Source: Dictyostelium discoideum (taxonomy: Eukaryota). Taken from it: DNA of 64,000 nt. A program made the translations under genes and the position numbers. Location of the stretch: positions 4,864,001 to 4,928,000 of the forward strand of contig CM000153.2 in NCBI GenBank assembly GCA_000004695.1. Direction: 5' to 3'. The notes beneath the pieces were generated by a model. The model did not search any database. It saw only the letters and a program-made list of their open reading frames with translations, and was not told where the DNA came from. Shown here piece by piece: positions 25,609-40,261 of the stretch. The number at the start of each line of letters is the position of its first letter. Position 1 is the stretch's first letter.

Positions 25609-28600
25609 CTAATATTTAATAGAGGAAGAATTTGATAAATTTGGATTATTATCATGGAATTTTTTCAAAGCATGAGATAATTTCATATTTAATAACATGT
25701 TTACATTAGGATCATCGACTGGAATTACTTTAGATTTAACATCGCGATCTAATAAACCAAGATTTTGAGGTGGGTCAAATTCTAAAAGAACACCATCATC
25801 TACCATTTCATTTGATTTAATGAATTTGAAAGGAATTTGGAAGAGGAAAGAACTATGTAAGAAATTCTTTTTAGATTTTGATAAGATAATTCTATGATCA
25901 GAGATGATGATGGTACATTCTTGATTGATGATATGATGCCAAATGTAACTATCAGAAGCATGTTTACCTTTGTGAGCGGTTTTCAAAAGGAACCAACCTT
26001 CACTTTCAACTTCATCGAATGGACGTAAAACGTTATCATGAGAAAAGCATCTTGGAGGACGAACACGTTCTGCTTGACTTTGAAGATTTGTAGTGTTTTT
26101 AATACCTTCGGTTGTTTTAGTTGCTAAATCGATTACGGCGGTAGTTGGTTTAACTGCAACACCTACAACACCTTGAGCTAAACCTTTGGCAAAACCTGCG
26201 AAACCACCTTTCTTTGCACCTTCAACTGGTTTTGTAACGATACCTGTAATACCTTGAAGAATACCACGACCCAAACCAATACCACCCATTGCTAAACCTT
26301 CACCAACATGGGAAGGTTTACGAGCTTGATGTAATTTTCTTTCTTGAAGATATTTTTCATCAAATGAAAGAGTTGCAACACCAGTACCCAAAGTACCGGT
26401 TAACTTTGACAAAGTATTGAAAGTACCAAATACAGAGTTCTTTACAAAACTACTTGTACCTTTTGCTAAACCTTTAGTGAAGTCTGCTGGTGATTTAACT
26501 AAACCTTGAGCTGGCTCTACGAAAAAGTCATGAACACCAGTACCGAAATTTCTAAACAAACCAACAGGATTACCAAGGAAATCGACAGAACCTAAAATGT
26601 TATAAAATTGTCTGAGAGCTTGTTGAATGTATGATGTTTTAATCTTATCAATGATAGTTGATCTTGAAGTGAATGGATGTTCCATTAATAAACCTTGTAA
26701 TGTAATTGGTGCACGATCTAATCTTGTCAATGATAAACCTAAACCTTCAACCAATGATAAAATCTTATGATTGGATTTAATTAAACCATCATTTTGGAGA
26801 GCTAAAGTTAAATTGATCTTTATTGGATTCAAAACTAATAATGCGAAATAAACCATTTTAATTGTTGAAGAATCTGAAGTTGGTGGTTCAATTGAGACAG
26901 CATTATATAGTGTTGATGTTAAACTATCAAGACCACTACCACTTTGTCTCATTTGACTACTTGTCATTCCATTATTATTATTATTATTTGAAGCATTATT
27001 TCCACGACCAAATGATGGAATTGAATCAACGAAATCTAAAACTTCTTTAATCCAATGATCTTCGAGTTCAATTGTCATCTCTTGAATTAAAGTTGAAAAG
27101 TATCTAAAGTAATCAATATTATCAATGGTAGATTTAATGATAACAGCATGTAAAAAGTCTTTTCTATGTTCTTTATCTGGTGAAACTGTATGAATGAGTA
27201 CAGGGAAATCTGTTTTAATCAATTGATTATCAATTTGTAACTCTGCTAATTTAACCTCAACCGTATTTTCAATTGAACTTTGAGTTGCAATGATAAGGAA
27301 ATCTTTCATTGAAATGTAAGCCAATTCCTTTGGTGTCTTATCGATAATTGAACAACCAATACCAGAGCAACGAATATTGAAATGATATTCACTCTGTGAT
27401 TGTGATAAATTGACAGCTTTATTATCGGTCCAAGCTTTAATTGAACGGAATTTCTTTTCATTGGTAGAGAAGAGTAATACACGAGATGGACCATCGATTG
27501 TAATTGTAATGTAGAGATCAGTACGTTCATGTTGAAGTTTATAACCTTTAATCTTATTGACATTGATACGCTTTTTCAATGTTTTACCCTCTACAGCGAC
27601 AGAGAGAACATATTCTGCAGATGGTTCATCCCAACCATAGCAAAGCTTTTCTTTTGGTTCAATATAATCGATATTCTCTGGTGAATCACGTTGGAAGAAT
27701 GAGATTTTGAATTGAGTATCATTTTGAATGATATAAGGTGGACTTTCTTTACTTGAAAGTGGAATTCTAATGAAATGAGTACCTTGTTTCTCTTTGATAT
27801 TCACATGGAATAAGAGAGAATCGTGATCAGGACGTTCGGTATTTCTACTCTTTACAACGTAATCACTAATGGAATCAACAAAGAAACCACCTGACCAACG
27901 CCATTCTTGAGGATTCTTTTCATTGGTAATTGGTCTAATTGAAATCTTTTTATTTTCAACATTCTCTTCCCAATGGAATGGTTTATATTCACCAGGATCT
28001 AATCTTAGTTCACCTAGTAATCTAACAGGATTTGAAACACCTTTACCATTACTACCTGAACTACTACTCAAACCACTACCACTGAAATTGAGTGCCATCT
28101 TATCGATACCATCGATAGTACTAACACATTGAGCAACTAGAATTGGGAATGGTAAATCATTGCAAATTACATTCTTTGGTACAAAAGTGACGGTTTTAGA
28201 GAGACGGAATCTTTCATTTGGACAGAAATCAACTTTGTATGAGAGTTCATAAGTACGAGTTGGGTTTGTTAAAAAGATAGTATTTGGATTACCAACTGCA
28301 GAGATTGGGAATTTCTCACAGAAACTCTTATTCATTGGTTGTTCAGCTTGTAATGGAATACGAGCACGAATTGTGTTGTTACTATAGAGCACTGGTGGTC
28401 GTGGTAATTGATCTGGTAAATTGGGTGGTACCAATAGTACTTGATTATCGGATAACTTGACTTCAATTGGTAAGAGGGAATTATTGACTAACCAATATTG
28501 ACAATAAAATGATAGAGTACGAACGCCTTTAATCAATTCGGTACGTTCAATATCCAATGAAATTTCACGATTGTTTTGTTGAAGTTTGAATGTTTTTGTA

Positions 28601-31600
28601 AAAGTTGGAGAGGTTGCATCACCTGATACCAAGGTATGTTTAGTTTCTGGGAAATTCTCTAATTCACTTACGATCGCCACTAAATTTGAACCTGGTTGAT
28701 AGTAATGACAATCGATTTTCTCACCTGATCCCATGTTAACCTTATCAATGGTTGTACCTGGGATTGAGAGTTTAAATGGATATGGTAAAATGTTTTCAAT
28801 TTGAATGGGTGGGAAGAATTTAAAGGTATTATTGAAACGATCACAATTTCTATTGGCAATGGTTTTATGAACCAATGATACAAACATACCAACTTTATCC
28901 ACTGTTTGAAGTTTAAAGAGTTTACTATTTTCATGATCTGGTAATTTGTAAATATCGATTGGATCGGACCAATATGGTGAATTCTCTAACTTTATCCAAA
29001 ACTTGCAAAGATCCTTTGAGACTAAAATTGGTAAAGAGAATTTAGAATGTTTAGCGATTGAAAAGGGTGAACCATTCTCTTGACATTTCAATTCCAAATT
29101 TAATGATGTATTATTTTCAAATTGATCCATTGATTTAATGTAACAACATTTACTGCCATCAGGACGTAAACGTACTTCACAAGTGATGAATTCATTGGTT
29201 GAACCAATTCTATAGATTCTATAACCAACTGCATCCATTGATAGATTTGAAATCTTTGAGCCTTGAATAAATAATTCTATATTCAAATGTTCACCCATTG
29301 TTGCATCTCTACTCTTTGAAATTTTCATTGGTAATGATACTGGTTCCGATGATTCTGTCAATTGGAACATTTCACTATCAACCTTTGGAATATGATATTC
29401 TAATGTTACACCAGTTTGATTTGAAATCCAATGAGAATGGAATGAAATTTTACTATCATTCTTTTCACCACCTGGTAAATATTTATTTAAAACACTTGGT
29501 CCATTAAATGATTGAACTAAACCGCTACCACTGGTACTACTATTATTACTACCTGTTGAAGTTGTTAAATTTGATGCATTCAATGATGAACTTAAGTTTG
29601 CTGCATCCATTTGATCAATTTTCTCCACATGAATCATTGCACTACTAATAGTTTGAAGTAATGAATGTGAGACATTGATATTTAATAATTCACGAGTTGC
29701 CAAGAAACTACCTTTAATCTTACCGGTACGATTCTTTTTCAAATCGACAGAGAAACTCCAATCTTCAATAACTGGTTCAAATTTCATATTAGTTTCATTG
29801 AAATAATCACCTTTAATTGACATTGAAGCCTTTGATTCTAAATCTGTGCTCCAATTCATTGCACTTGCTTCAATATCTGCAAAGAATAATTCTATAATTG
29901 GTATATACATTTCTGGTGATTCATTAATAAATAAAACACTAACATTTGGACATGAGAATCTTAATTTTTCATTATTTGTAAATAATTCTTCATCTTTTTT
30001 ACCACTATTACTATTACCAGATGTTGAAGTTTGGAATGAATTTGTTGATTTATTTAATGATGGTAATGAAGTTGAACTTGAAGCCATATTATCAAATGAT
30101 AATTGTCTCTTCTTTTGTTGTTCTTGTTGTTTTTGTAGATTTGTTGTAATATTATTTAAAATCTTTAAGATTGCTTTTACATCATCATAAGAGAAGAAAA
30201 CTTTCATAGCGGTACAAGAGATACCAATATCTTGTTTCCACTCGGTTGAAGTTAAATTCTCTTTAATATATTTAATGGTGATCATTTCAATTGGTTTCAA
30301 AATTTGAATTGGTCTTGAACCTTGATTTTCAGATTCTGTTGAAGATGGTTTATAAATGTTAACTTTAGTATTTTCAATGACAACTGTAGCATTTTCAATA
30401 CCATGTGGATCTCTACGGAATTGTACACCAACACGAGTTTTCAACATTAAACATCTTGTAGTTGATAATGTTTCATCTTCAACCAATGTAACTGATGGTA
30501 CTAAAGTTGCTGTGAATGTAATGGTTGGTGATCTAAATATTTCTTTCTCTTCTTCATCTTCCATACCTGCTTCTTGTGGATATGATGATAATGAATTATT
30601 TGATATTGATGATGAAATTGTTTTAGATTCTTTACCACCAATTGATGAAGTTCTACTTCTATTTTGACCAATAATTGATTGTGATCTTACTTTTTGTTGT
30701 TGTTGTTGTTGAGATGGAATAAATGATGATGATGATGATTGTTGTTGTTGTTGTTGAAGATCATTATCATCTTTTTCAATTGATGGATCCATTAATGAAT
30801 TTAATTCACTTTCTAAACTTTCCAAATCTAAATCTAAATCAACATCCATATTATTTGTATCATGTTGTTCTGATAATGGTACCATAAAGAATTCAGAAAT
30901 CATTAAGAGAGGAGTTGGCGAAAGGAATAAACAAGTGTTATTAATATTGACATTAATATATTGATCACCCAAAAGATTATCACGAATATAACCAACTTGA
31001 AGGAATGGTGCAACTGATTCAGTGTTTACTTTATTCTCTAAGAGGTTCTTAAAGATATTGGTTGAATTTGAACGAGTATCAGAGAGTAAAATTGATTTCA
31101 TACTTAATTGAATGTTTGTTTTATTCTTATCGGTATTCTTTACATCGACATCAATGCCACGAACGATGAAATGAGCTATTTCACCTTGAGCATCCAATGA
31201 ACTAATCTTGAAACTAACATAGTCCAATACCAAATGAATACGTAATAAAACTTTACCCATTTTTTGAATAACCTCTTGTTCTGTGAAATATTGCATATCA
31301 TTAGAAGTAATACGACCCATTTCAAAAGGATCACCCATATTTGAAAGTTTTTTAATTTCTTGAACCTCTTTATTTGCAAGATCCAATTCTTTTTGTACAT
31401 TTTGACTTAAACCCAAAAAGAAACGATATTGATTTTCATCCAAATAGAAAGCGAAATGAGAAATTGATAAATCAATAGTTTGATCCTCAACTTCTGGATC
31501 AGTATTTGGTACCAAGAATTTTGAGATACCTAAATCAATTGTTAACTTCTCCAAGAAGTAACTTGATCTATTATCGGATAAAATGGTGATATTTGCATCT

Positions 31601-34600
31601 TGTAAATGAATTTTCATATTTTCCATTGGTGCCATTGTCTTATCATGATATTGCCAACCATTTGAAATAATGATTTTACCCAACTCCATAATTAAAGAAT
31701 TCTTTGATCTAGTTGCTTGTGGTATAACTAAAACTGGTGTTTCAACAACAATATCTAATTTCATCTTTGGTATATGTTTATTTGTATTTTGTTGAAGTGA
31801 TGTTAATAATTTTTTATTCTTTTCAAGATCTAATTCTCTTTCACTCTTTTCATGATTATCATCAGATCTTGGTGTTGATGTTGATGATGATGAAGATTGT
31901 TGTTCATTTAATTTTGAATCAATTGATTTTGATTTTTCAATTGATTTATTATTATTATTGCTATCATCTTGTTTTAAAATTGGATCTAACATACCACCTA
32001 AAAAATAATTTTGAAGATGAATTAAGAAACCAACATTTGCATTGAATAAGATTGATTTAACATTTGCATTAACTGAAGCATCATAACCTGCATAATTTGA
32101 TAGAGTCATTGAGAAAGTTTCATATTTAAAGTCTAACATATCACCAGATGTATTCTTTGGAATGATAATTTGTTTATAGTTTGAAATGGTTGGAGTTAAA
32201 TCATCCAAAATGATTGAACCCAATCTACCTTGAACCAACATACGATTATCTTTAAACATTGAAACATCGGTTGAAACATTATTAATTGTAAAGATACCCA
32301 ATAATTCATTATTATCTTGATTTAATGCTAAACCTAAACTATTGATATGAACACTAAATTTCATTGAAACAAATTCAGTTGGACCTTTCTTTTTTGGTAC
32401 ATGACGAACTGAACGAATGATAACTCTTCTTGTAGTGGTACCAGATGCAGTTTTACTTGAAACCACTTTTTCATCAGGACCAACTGGTTTACTATTACTA
32501 CCTGTACCTGTAATAATCTTTCTTGAAACGATTTGTGGTGATTGTTGATTTGGTGATTGTTGATTTGGTGATTGTTGATTTGGTGATGATAAGTGAGCAT
32601 TAGGTGAGGTTGCTGCTGTACCACCACCTTCAGATGAATTAATTGGTACCACTTTATTTCTACTTAATAGTCTTGGATAAGCTTTACTAATTTGATCAAT
32701 ATTTTCAGGATCTTTTTGTAATGATTTTGCTAATTTTAATAATTGATAAATGGTTGATGGATTAATAACCAAATAAAAAGAATGAATCTTTAAATCGATG
32801 GACATATCTATTTTATTAAATTCTGGTGAAGCTGTTTGAATTTGTTTGAAATGCATTTGAACCAAACTATCCTTACCCAATGAACGATCTGCATGTGGTG
32901 GATTTGAAGTTGCCAATTTATTTAAAGTATTCTTTGTGAAACAATCTTCAATCTCTAATGATGATAGTTTAAATGTACCAGACATATCAAAAGTACGTTG
33001 TTGGAAACCAACATTAATATCAGAGAAAACCACTCTAATTAAATCGGATTGATTATTTGATAAAGTTAAACTAATTGATTTAATTTCAAATTCAGCTTCA
33101 ACTAATTTTGCATTCAATAGTAATTCAATGTTTTCTTTTGATTTCTTTAAATCATTTGATGAATTAACATCAACAGGTGCAGAAGAGGAAGAAAAAGAAT
33201 GTGGTGAAGTTGAAATTAATTTTGGTGAAACTGAAGAAGGTGAATTTGAATCATTAATTGGTGTTATGGTTGCTTTTGGTTTACCACTAGTAACTGGTAT
33301 ATCTGCAGTGATGGCATTTAAAATAGTTAACAATTGTTTGAATTTCTTATCAGATAAATAGAAATCGAATTTTGGTAATTCACCTTTAATTTTTAATTTT
33401 GTCATTGTTAGGTTATTTTGTTGAATTGATGAAAAGATTTTCAATTGAATATCGAATTTTTTAATGATTGAGTTATGATGTTTTAGAGGATGACCTTGTT
33501 TATCATTGACACCACCAATAGTTGGTGGTTTTTTATCACCAGTACTAATTGCAGACTTTAAATCGTCTGATAATAAAACTTGAATCGATTCAAATGATAC
33601 ATTAAACTTATCGTAGAGATCAATTTCACTAGTGCTACCTGCCAATTTATTGCTACCTTTAACGAATGCTGAAGTATCAGAACGTACGACCAATTTACCT
33701 AAATCTACAATTAAAATATTTGAACGTTCATTAATTACATCCTCTGGTATGAAAATGACTGGAGCATGAATGTTAACAGCTAAACCTAAAACCTTGTGAT
33801 TATCAATAGCATCTTGTAGTTGCATTTTCGCTTGTTCTTTAATGTCTTCTAAATGAGCACCAGCTCTATTGGAAATATTGGTAATATCTAAATTTGGGTC
33901 ATGGAAAAAGTCTACAACTTTCATAATTAATGGTTTGGTGACAATGATATTCAATGGATCCATATTTAACTCTACAGAGAGATCTAAATTTTTATCGGGT
34001 GGACGAGTATCAACAATGACACTAGCAAAGGTTCCAGTACCTTTGGTTGGTACACTTGCAATAATCTTTGGGAAATGAGTACGTTTAGTGAATTGATCGT
34101 AAACTTCAAACAAATGAATACCAGCCATCACTTTAATACCTTCATTACGTTGTTCGAATTTCAAAGATAAACCAGTGTACAATGCTTCAATGAAAACTTG
34201 ATTCGCCTCTACCAATTGAATTGCAAAACCTTTGATTTCAAAATTACCAATAATCTTTACCCAATCTGGTGGTTCTTCACTTGCGGAAACCACATCATTA
34301 TATTCAATGGTTTTATAGAGTTCATCACGTTCTTCACTTGATAATTGAATTTTTGGTGCAGCTTTTTCATCTTCATCCTTTTTAGTATTGAAAATATTTT
34401 GAAAGAAACCACGTTCTTGACGTTTTGAATCGAGAAATTGTTTACGTATCTTATTTTTCTCTGTCTCTTTTTTAATCTCTGCATAGGCCAATGATCTAAA
34501 GTAAACTATATCTTCAAATGATAAACGCTCTTCCAATTGATTCAATTGTTCCAATTCATGTTTATTCAATGGTTGTAACCAATCAACCTTTGGTATATTT

Positions 34601-35939
34601 CTTTTGAATAATGGAATGTATGCTAATCTTGCGCGACGTCTTTGTGCTATAAATTCCCATGATCTACTAAATCTCTTTTCTCTAATTTGTTCAACAATAA
34701 CTTGACCAACATATCTCCACCATAATTTTGGATTCTCTGATACCTTTACAATAGGTCTAAACTTTAAATACTTTATATCTCTTAAATATTCATTTGTAAA
34801 ATTTAATATACTTAAAATATTTTGATATTGACCTGATGATAATGTACATGTAATTTGTGACATTACACATTCAACCAATATTTTTGGTATTGATTTTTCA
34901 ATAATATCACTTTTATTAATATTTAACTATTAAATAAAATAAAATTAATAAAAAGTTAATATATAAATTATTATTATTTTAAATATTATTATTATTATTA
35001 TTATTATTAAAATATATTTATATTTACTTTTAATTGTGAAGAAATTGGTTTAATAATATATTTTGATAATAAAGAGAATGAAGCAGATGATGGAATTAAA
35101 CTTGTAAATGCTTTTGTAAATTCATCAAGTTTTAAATTTTGAAGTGAATCTGCATTATCATCAATATAAAAACCTAATGAATCCATTAATGCTAACTTTT
35201 TTATAAACTTTGATTTTGAACTATCAACAAATGATGGTATCCAAAATTCATCGGTTGATTGAATTGATAATTTATCTAATGTTATACCAAGTGCATATAA
35301 CTTTATTTTTTTTTTTTTTTTTTTTTTTTTTATTATTTTAGTAAAATAGAATTACTTTATTTTATTATTATTATTATTATTTTTTTTTTTTTTTTTTTTT
35401 TTACTTACTTTACCAATATCATTTTTATTTTCAAATCTAATATGAACTTTATTAATTACAATTTGTAAATTATCAATAATTTTTGTAACTAAACGATCAG
35501 TGAATGAATCTGATTTTTCGGATTGTAATGAAGAGATTTCATTCTCTTCAGCATCTTTAATTGATTTAATCCATTCATAATTTTCTAATTTCTTTTTCTT
35601 TAATTCTGCTTGTTTCTTTGCTTCTTCTTTTTCATCGTATTTATAGTTTTGTGTTTGTGGTACTGCCAATGCATAGATACAATCGATATTGATAATTACA
35701 GGTTTAGATTTTAAATCTTTCCAAGGTACTTTGAGATCTAATTTACCAAGAAAACCCTTCTTCACTGTAATGGGTAAATTTATTGGTAGATTCGCCAGAG
35801 CATCCTCTTTTAATTCTAAATTTTGAAGTTGTACACTACCTCCAAATATACCAATCTTTAATTGATCTTTATTTAAATTCTTTACATATTCACCAAGTAC
35901 TCTTGATAAAACATCTGATACTAATCCTTCAAATACCAT
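25609..35939 (-). CDS. VPS13 family bulk lipid-transfer protein. Three exons (35939-35409, 35300-35028, 34926-25609), about 3,373 aa.
   Basis: N-terminal chorein domain MVFEGLVSDVLSRVLGEYVKNLNKDQLKIGIFGGSVQLQNLELKEDAL…VPWKDLKSKPV…VHIRFEN, then LYALGITLDKLSIQSTDEFWIP (compare human GISLQNLSMQTTDQYW). GTAAGT and GTAAAT donors and AAAG/ATAG acceptors join in frame to the 9.3-kb exon, whose N-terminal M (TTG) is artefactual. The paralog (A-F) cannot be assigned. Confidence 0.85.
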
Positions 35940-36620
35940 TATTTATAATTCTTTTCTTTTTTTTTTTTTTTTTTTTTAATAATTTGTTTTTTAATTATTT
36001 GTTTTTTTAAAATTCTATCTTTTTTTTTTTTTTTTTTTTCTGAATACTATAAAAAAAAAAAAAAATAAAATATAAAATTAAAAAATAAAATTGAAATTAA
36101 ATTAAATTAAATTAAAAAAAAAAGTAAAAAAAAAAAAAAATTGCTTTTTTTGGGTTGTTTTTTTTTTTTTGTATTTTTTTAAATTATTATAATTTTAATT
36201 TATTTTATAGCATATAAATAAAAATTATATTAATATTAATATTAATAATAATAAAAAATAATATGATTAATTAATATAAAAATATAAAAAATAATAAAAA
36301 AAGTTATTATTATAATAATTATTAATAATTTTTCTTTTTTAAAAAAAAAAAAAAAAAAAAAAAACAAAAAAATAAAAATTAATAAAATTAAAAATAAAAA
36401 AAAAAAAAAAAAAAAAAAAAATTCGCCTTGAAGTTTGTTTTGAAAATATCTTCCCAGGGGTTCGAAAACCATTTTTTTAAGTTTATTTTTAATTTTTTTT
36501 TTTAGTTTTTTTTTTAATTTCCCACTCGTGAGCTGGACTAAGAAAAATCAAAATCAAAATCTTTTTTTTTTTTATTTTTTTTTTTATTTTTTTTTTTATT
36601 TTTTATTTTATATTTTTCAT

Positions 36621-37469
36621 TTAAAGTAAAATTAAATTATTATGATCTATTACAGCTTCTTTTGTAAAACCAGTTAAAGTATTAAAATAATCTTTAGATT
36701 GTTTACCAATAATTTGATTGATTTCATCAGATGAATAGTTTGTTATACCTCTTGAGATTTGAGAAGAGTTTACATCTAAAATTGTAACCAATGAATCCTT
36801 TGGAAATTCACCAAAAATCGAGATGATACCAACGGGCAATAGGGACTTGGCACGTTGTGAAATCGCTTGAACGGCACCATCATCTATACATAATTGACCC
36901 AACGGTTTGGAATAGAATCGTTTATGTTGATTTAATAACTCTAATGATTTATCAGGTGATGACGACAGTAGAGAATCCGTTATATTTTCAATTGTTTCAT
37001 TATGATGGTTAATTTTATGATGGCTCATCAAGTCCAATACCAATCGCTCGATTTCAAAAACATGTTTATCATTCACACCCATATCATGAAGAGAATTTGC
37101 CAACTTTAATAAATAATCTATGTTTCTACCACTTGGTCCTATCGATCTAAAGATTTGGTTTGCAATGTTTTCATTGGTATCTTCACCCAAAAACTCTAAA
37201 TTCTCTGTGGTTGCCAAATATACAATTGCTTTGCCATAGGGCTCAACATCGTCACCCTCCTCTAAAAACACATCCAACTCGTGTCTCTCATAACCACCTT
37301 TCTCTCTATAATCTAAATTCTTTAAAATTGGCATTGCTGCATCATCGGATATTGAATAAACTGTTCCCCACGTCAACCAAACTTCATTTGATTTATCATC
37401 CTCTGGTTGTTTAATTAATGTTACAACTCTACCAGGATTTTCAATTGTTCCTCTATGGTCAGTTGATCC

Positions 37470-37500
<31 letters not shown>

Positions 37501-37710
37501 AAATAAAATAAAAATAAAATAATAAAATTAATATATTTTATTAATAAAAAAAAAATAGTATATACAAATAATTTTAATAATATACCTACCTTGGTAAAAT
37601 ACTCTTTTCCATCCTTTTATATACGCATTAAATTTTCTAGAATATGGAAAACCGGGTCTCCACATTAAGCTACCATATCCAAATAAATATACAAACATAT
37701 CCTCACACAT
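36621..37710 (-). CDS. ChaC-like glutathione-specific gamma-glutamylcyclotransferase. Two exons: 37710-37590 and 37468-36621.
   Basis: Exon 1 gives MFVYLFGYGSLMWRPGFPY…WKRVFYQG. A GTAGGT donor (phase 1) joins to STDHRGTIENPGRVVTL…, then LDYREKGGYERHEL and GPSGRNIDYLLKLANSL, all ChaC hallmarks. Confidence 0.75.
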
Positions 37711-37723
37711 TTTTTATTATTTC

Positions 37724-37757
<34 letters not shown>

Positions 37758-37766
37758 CTTTCTTTA

Positions 37767-37797
<31 letters not shown>

Positions 37798-38847
37798 TAT
37801 TATTTTTTTTTTTTTATTTTATTATTTTTTTTTTTATTTTTATTTATTAATTATTTATTTTATTTTTTTTTAAATTGAAATAACTAGTTATTTGAATATT
37901 TAAATATTATAATATGTAATGTTAAATATATGATACAAGAATGGAAAGATATTGTATTTGTTACACACACAGACGAAAGCTTAATGTGGTCGGGGTTAAA
38001 AAAAAAAAATTATTTAAATAATTAAAAAAAAAATTAAAAAAAATAAAAAAAAAACAAAAAAAATAAAAAAAAAATATTTAATTTTATTTATTTTTTTTTA
38101 TTTTTTTTTTTTTTTTAAAACATTAGCGTTCAAAATCAACTGAAAATGGTAGAACCAAAAAAAAAGAAGATATTTTTGCAATCCTAACAATTCCACTGTT
38201 CCCATATTTTTTATTAAGGGAAAAAAAAAAGAAAGAAAATTCGGACAATCATTTTACATTATTTTTACTTTGAAAATTACTATACAAAAAAGAAAACTTT
38301 ATCATTTAAAATTTTTTCGTGCTATCTAATAAAATTTTTTTTTTTATTTTTTTTTATTTTTTTTTTTTTTTTTTAGTAATAATAAAGAAAAAAAAAAAAA
38401 AAAAAAAAAAAAATTAAATTAGTTGAAGTTATTTATTTGTATGAAGAATTTAATGTTTTCTTAATAAATTTTAATATTAAAAAAAAAAAAATAAAAAAAA
38501 AAATAAATAAAAATAAATGAATGAATGAATTTTTAAAATGATATTAATATTTATAACTTTTTTTAAAATCTAAAAAATCTAATAAACACAAATCAATAGA
38601 GTTATTCATAAAATTCTTTACATAGTGTTTCAAATTAAAAAAAAAAAATTAAAAAAAATATTTTTTTTTTATTTTTTTTTATTTTTTTATTTTTTTTTTT
38701 ATTTTTTTCTTTTTTTTTTTTTTTTCCCAATAAAATTTTTTTTTTTTTTTTCTTTTTTTTTTTTATCTAATTTTTTTTTTCCTCAATATTTTTTTTTTAC
38801 AATTTAAATATCTTTTTTATTATTTCAATATCAATATCAATATCAAT

Positions 38848-39797
38848 ATGGGTGTTGCAGACAATGAATATATTTCAGTTCCAACTGGTGAACCAGTTCA
38901 ACAACAACCACAAACTACATCTGTTGTTTTTGGAGCTCCACAAAGCTATTATCCACATCAACAACCACAAATCATTTTAAGTGCACCAACAACCACCGCT
39001 TCAACCTCAACTACAGATTCAACTGTTGTTGAAGAAAATCCAGTTTGTTGTGATCGTTGCGATTTAGAAAATAAAGTCAAATATCAACGTTACTCAACCG
39101 TTGGTCCATGGTTATACCAAATTATCATTTTATTCTTTTCCCAACAATTTTTACTTTTCAGTATTGCTCCAATTTTAGGTCTATTTGCAATGTACACTCA
39201 AAATAGATGTATTGTTGTTATGGTAAGATTTTATTTATTTATTATTATTATTTTTTTTTTTTGTATATTTTTTTTTGTTCTTATTTTTTTATTTATTTTT
39301 TTTTTTTCTTTTTTTTTGACCTAAATAATTATAAACTAACACACACTCATATTAATTTTTTTTTTTTTTTTTTCAAAATTTTTTTTTATAGCATTTCTTA
39401 ACAGCTGCATTCTATTATATTTTCAGTGTTATTTTCTTATTTAGTGGAGATCAAATTAATACCATTTTATTATCAATTCTCTTTTCTATTATTTTCACTC
39501 TCTCATTAATGAACTATAGTAGATATATTAAAACCTTAAACAAATTAGCAAACGTTGGTGAATGTTTACAATCAACTATCAATGGTTCTGGTTTTGAAGT
39601 CACAATTGAATCTCAACCAACTCCAACCACTATTCCACAACCAATCGTTCAACCACAACCAATCTATGTTTCACAATTACCAATGATGATTCCACAACCA
39701 TCATCACAACCACCACAAATTATTGTTCCACAAATCGTTTATGATGCAAACCATAACCCAATCTATCACTTAATCCCAATTCAAAACAGTAACCAAC

Positions 39798-39802
<5 letters not shown>
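38848..39802 (+). CDS. Hypothetical multi-pass membrane protein with Pro/Gln-rich termini. Two exons: 38848-39222 and 39392-39802.
   Basis: GTAAGA donor at 39223 and ATAG acceptor at 39388-39391, in frame. Contains a CCDRCD motif followed by three or four hydrophobic helices. No family recognised. Confidence 0.5.
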
Positions 39803-39838
<36 letters not shown>

Positions 39839-39956
39839 ATATTTTTTTTTTTTTTTAATTTTTTTTGGGAGGTGAGGGTTAATTCACCAATTTTGTATCA
39901 ATATTATTATTTCTTAATTTAACATCAATAAAATCGAAATTTATTTCAATATTTAA

Positions 39957-39996
<40 letters not shown>

Positions 39997-40117
39997 TATA
40001 AAGCTTCTTTAATCAAATTAGTTTTATTGGTTTAAATTTACAAATGAAATTTCATCCATTTTGTCTTAAAAATTTCGAATAAAAGAAATTGTTTTTTAAT
40101 TTATTATCTTTATTTAT

Positions 40118-40197
40118 AATAATCACATTTTTTAATAATCACATTTTTTTTAATAATCACATTTTTTTTTAATAATCACATTTTTTAATTTAAATTA
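40118..40197. repeat. Minisatellite: four tandem units of AATAATCACATTTTTT(T)n
   Basis: ataatcacattttttaataatcacattttttttaataatcacatttttttttaataatcacatttttt, seen directly, upstream of the 40757 gene. Confidence 0.85.
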
Positions 40198-40261
40198 AAA
40201 TTTTTTTTCCATAATATTTTAAAAAATATATTACCTTGCAAAAAGTTTTAAAAATCTTACA

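Noticed and set aside
26862-34484. Numerous 60-115-aa ORFs inside the VPS13 locus on both strands
   Set aside because: Out-of-frame or antisense shadows inside a 9.3-kb exon with a continuous VPS13-homologous frame.
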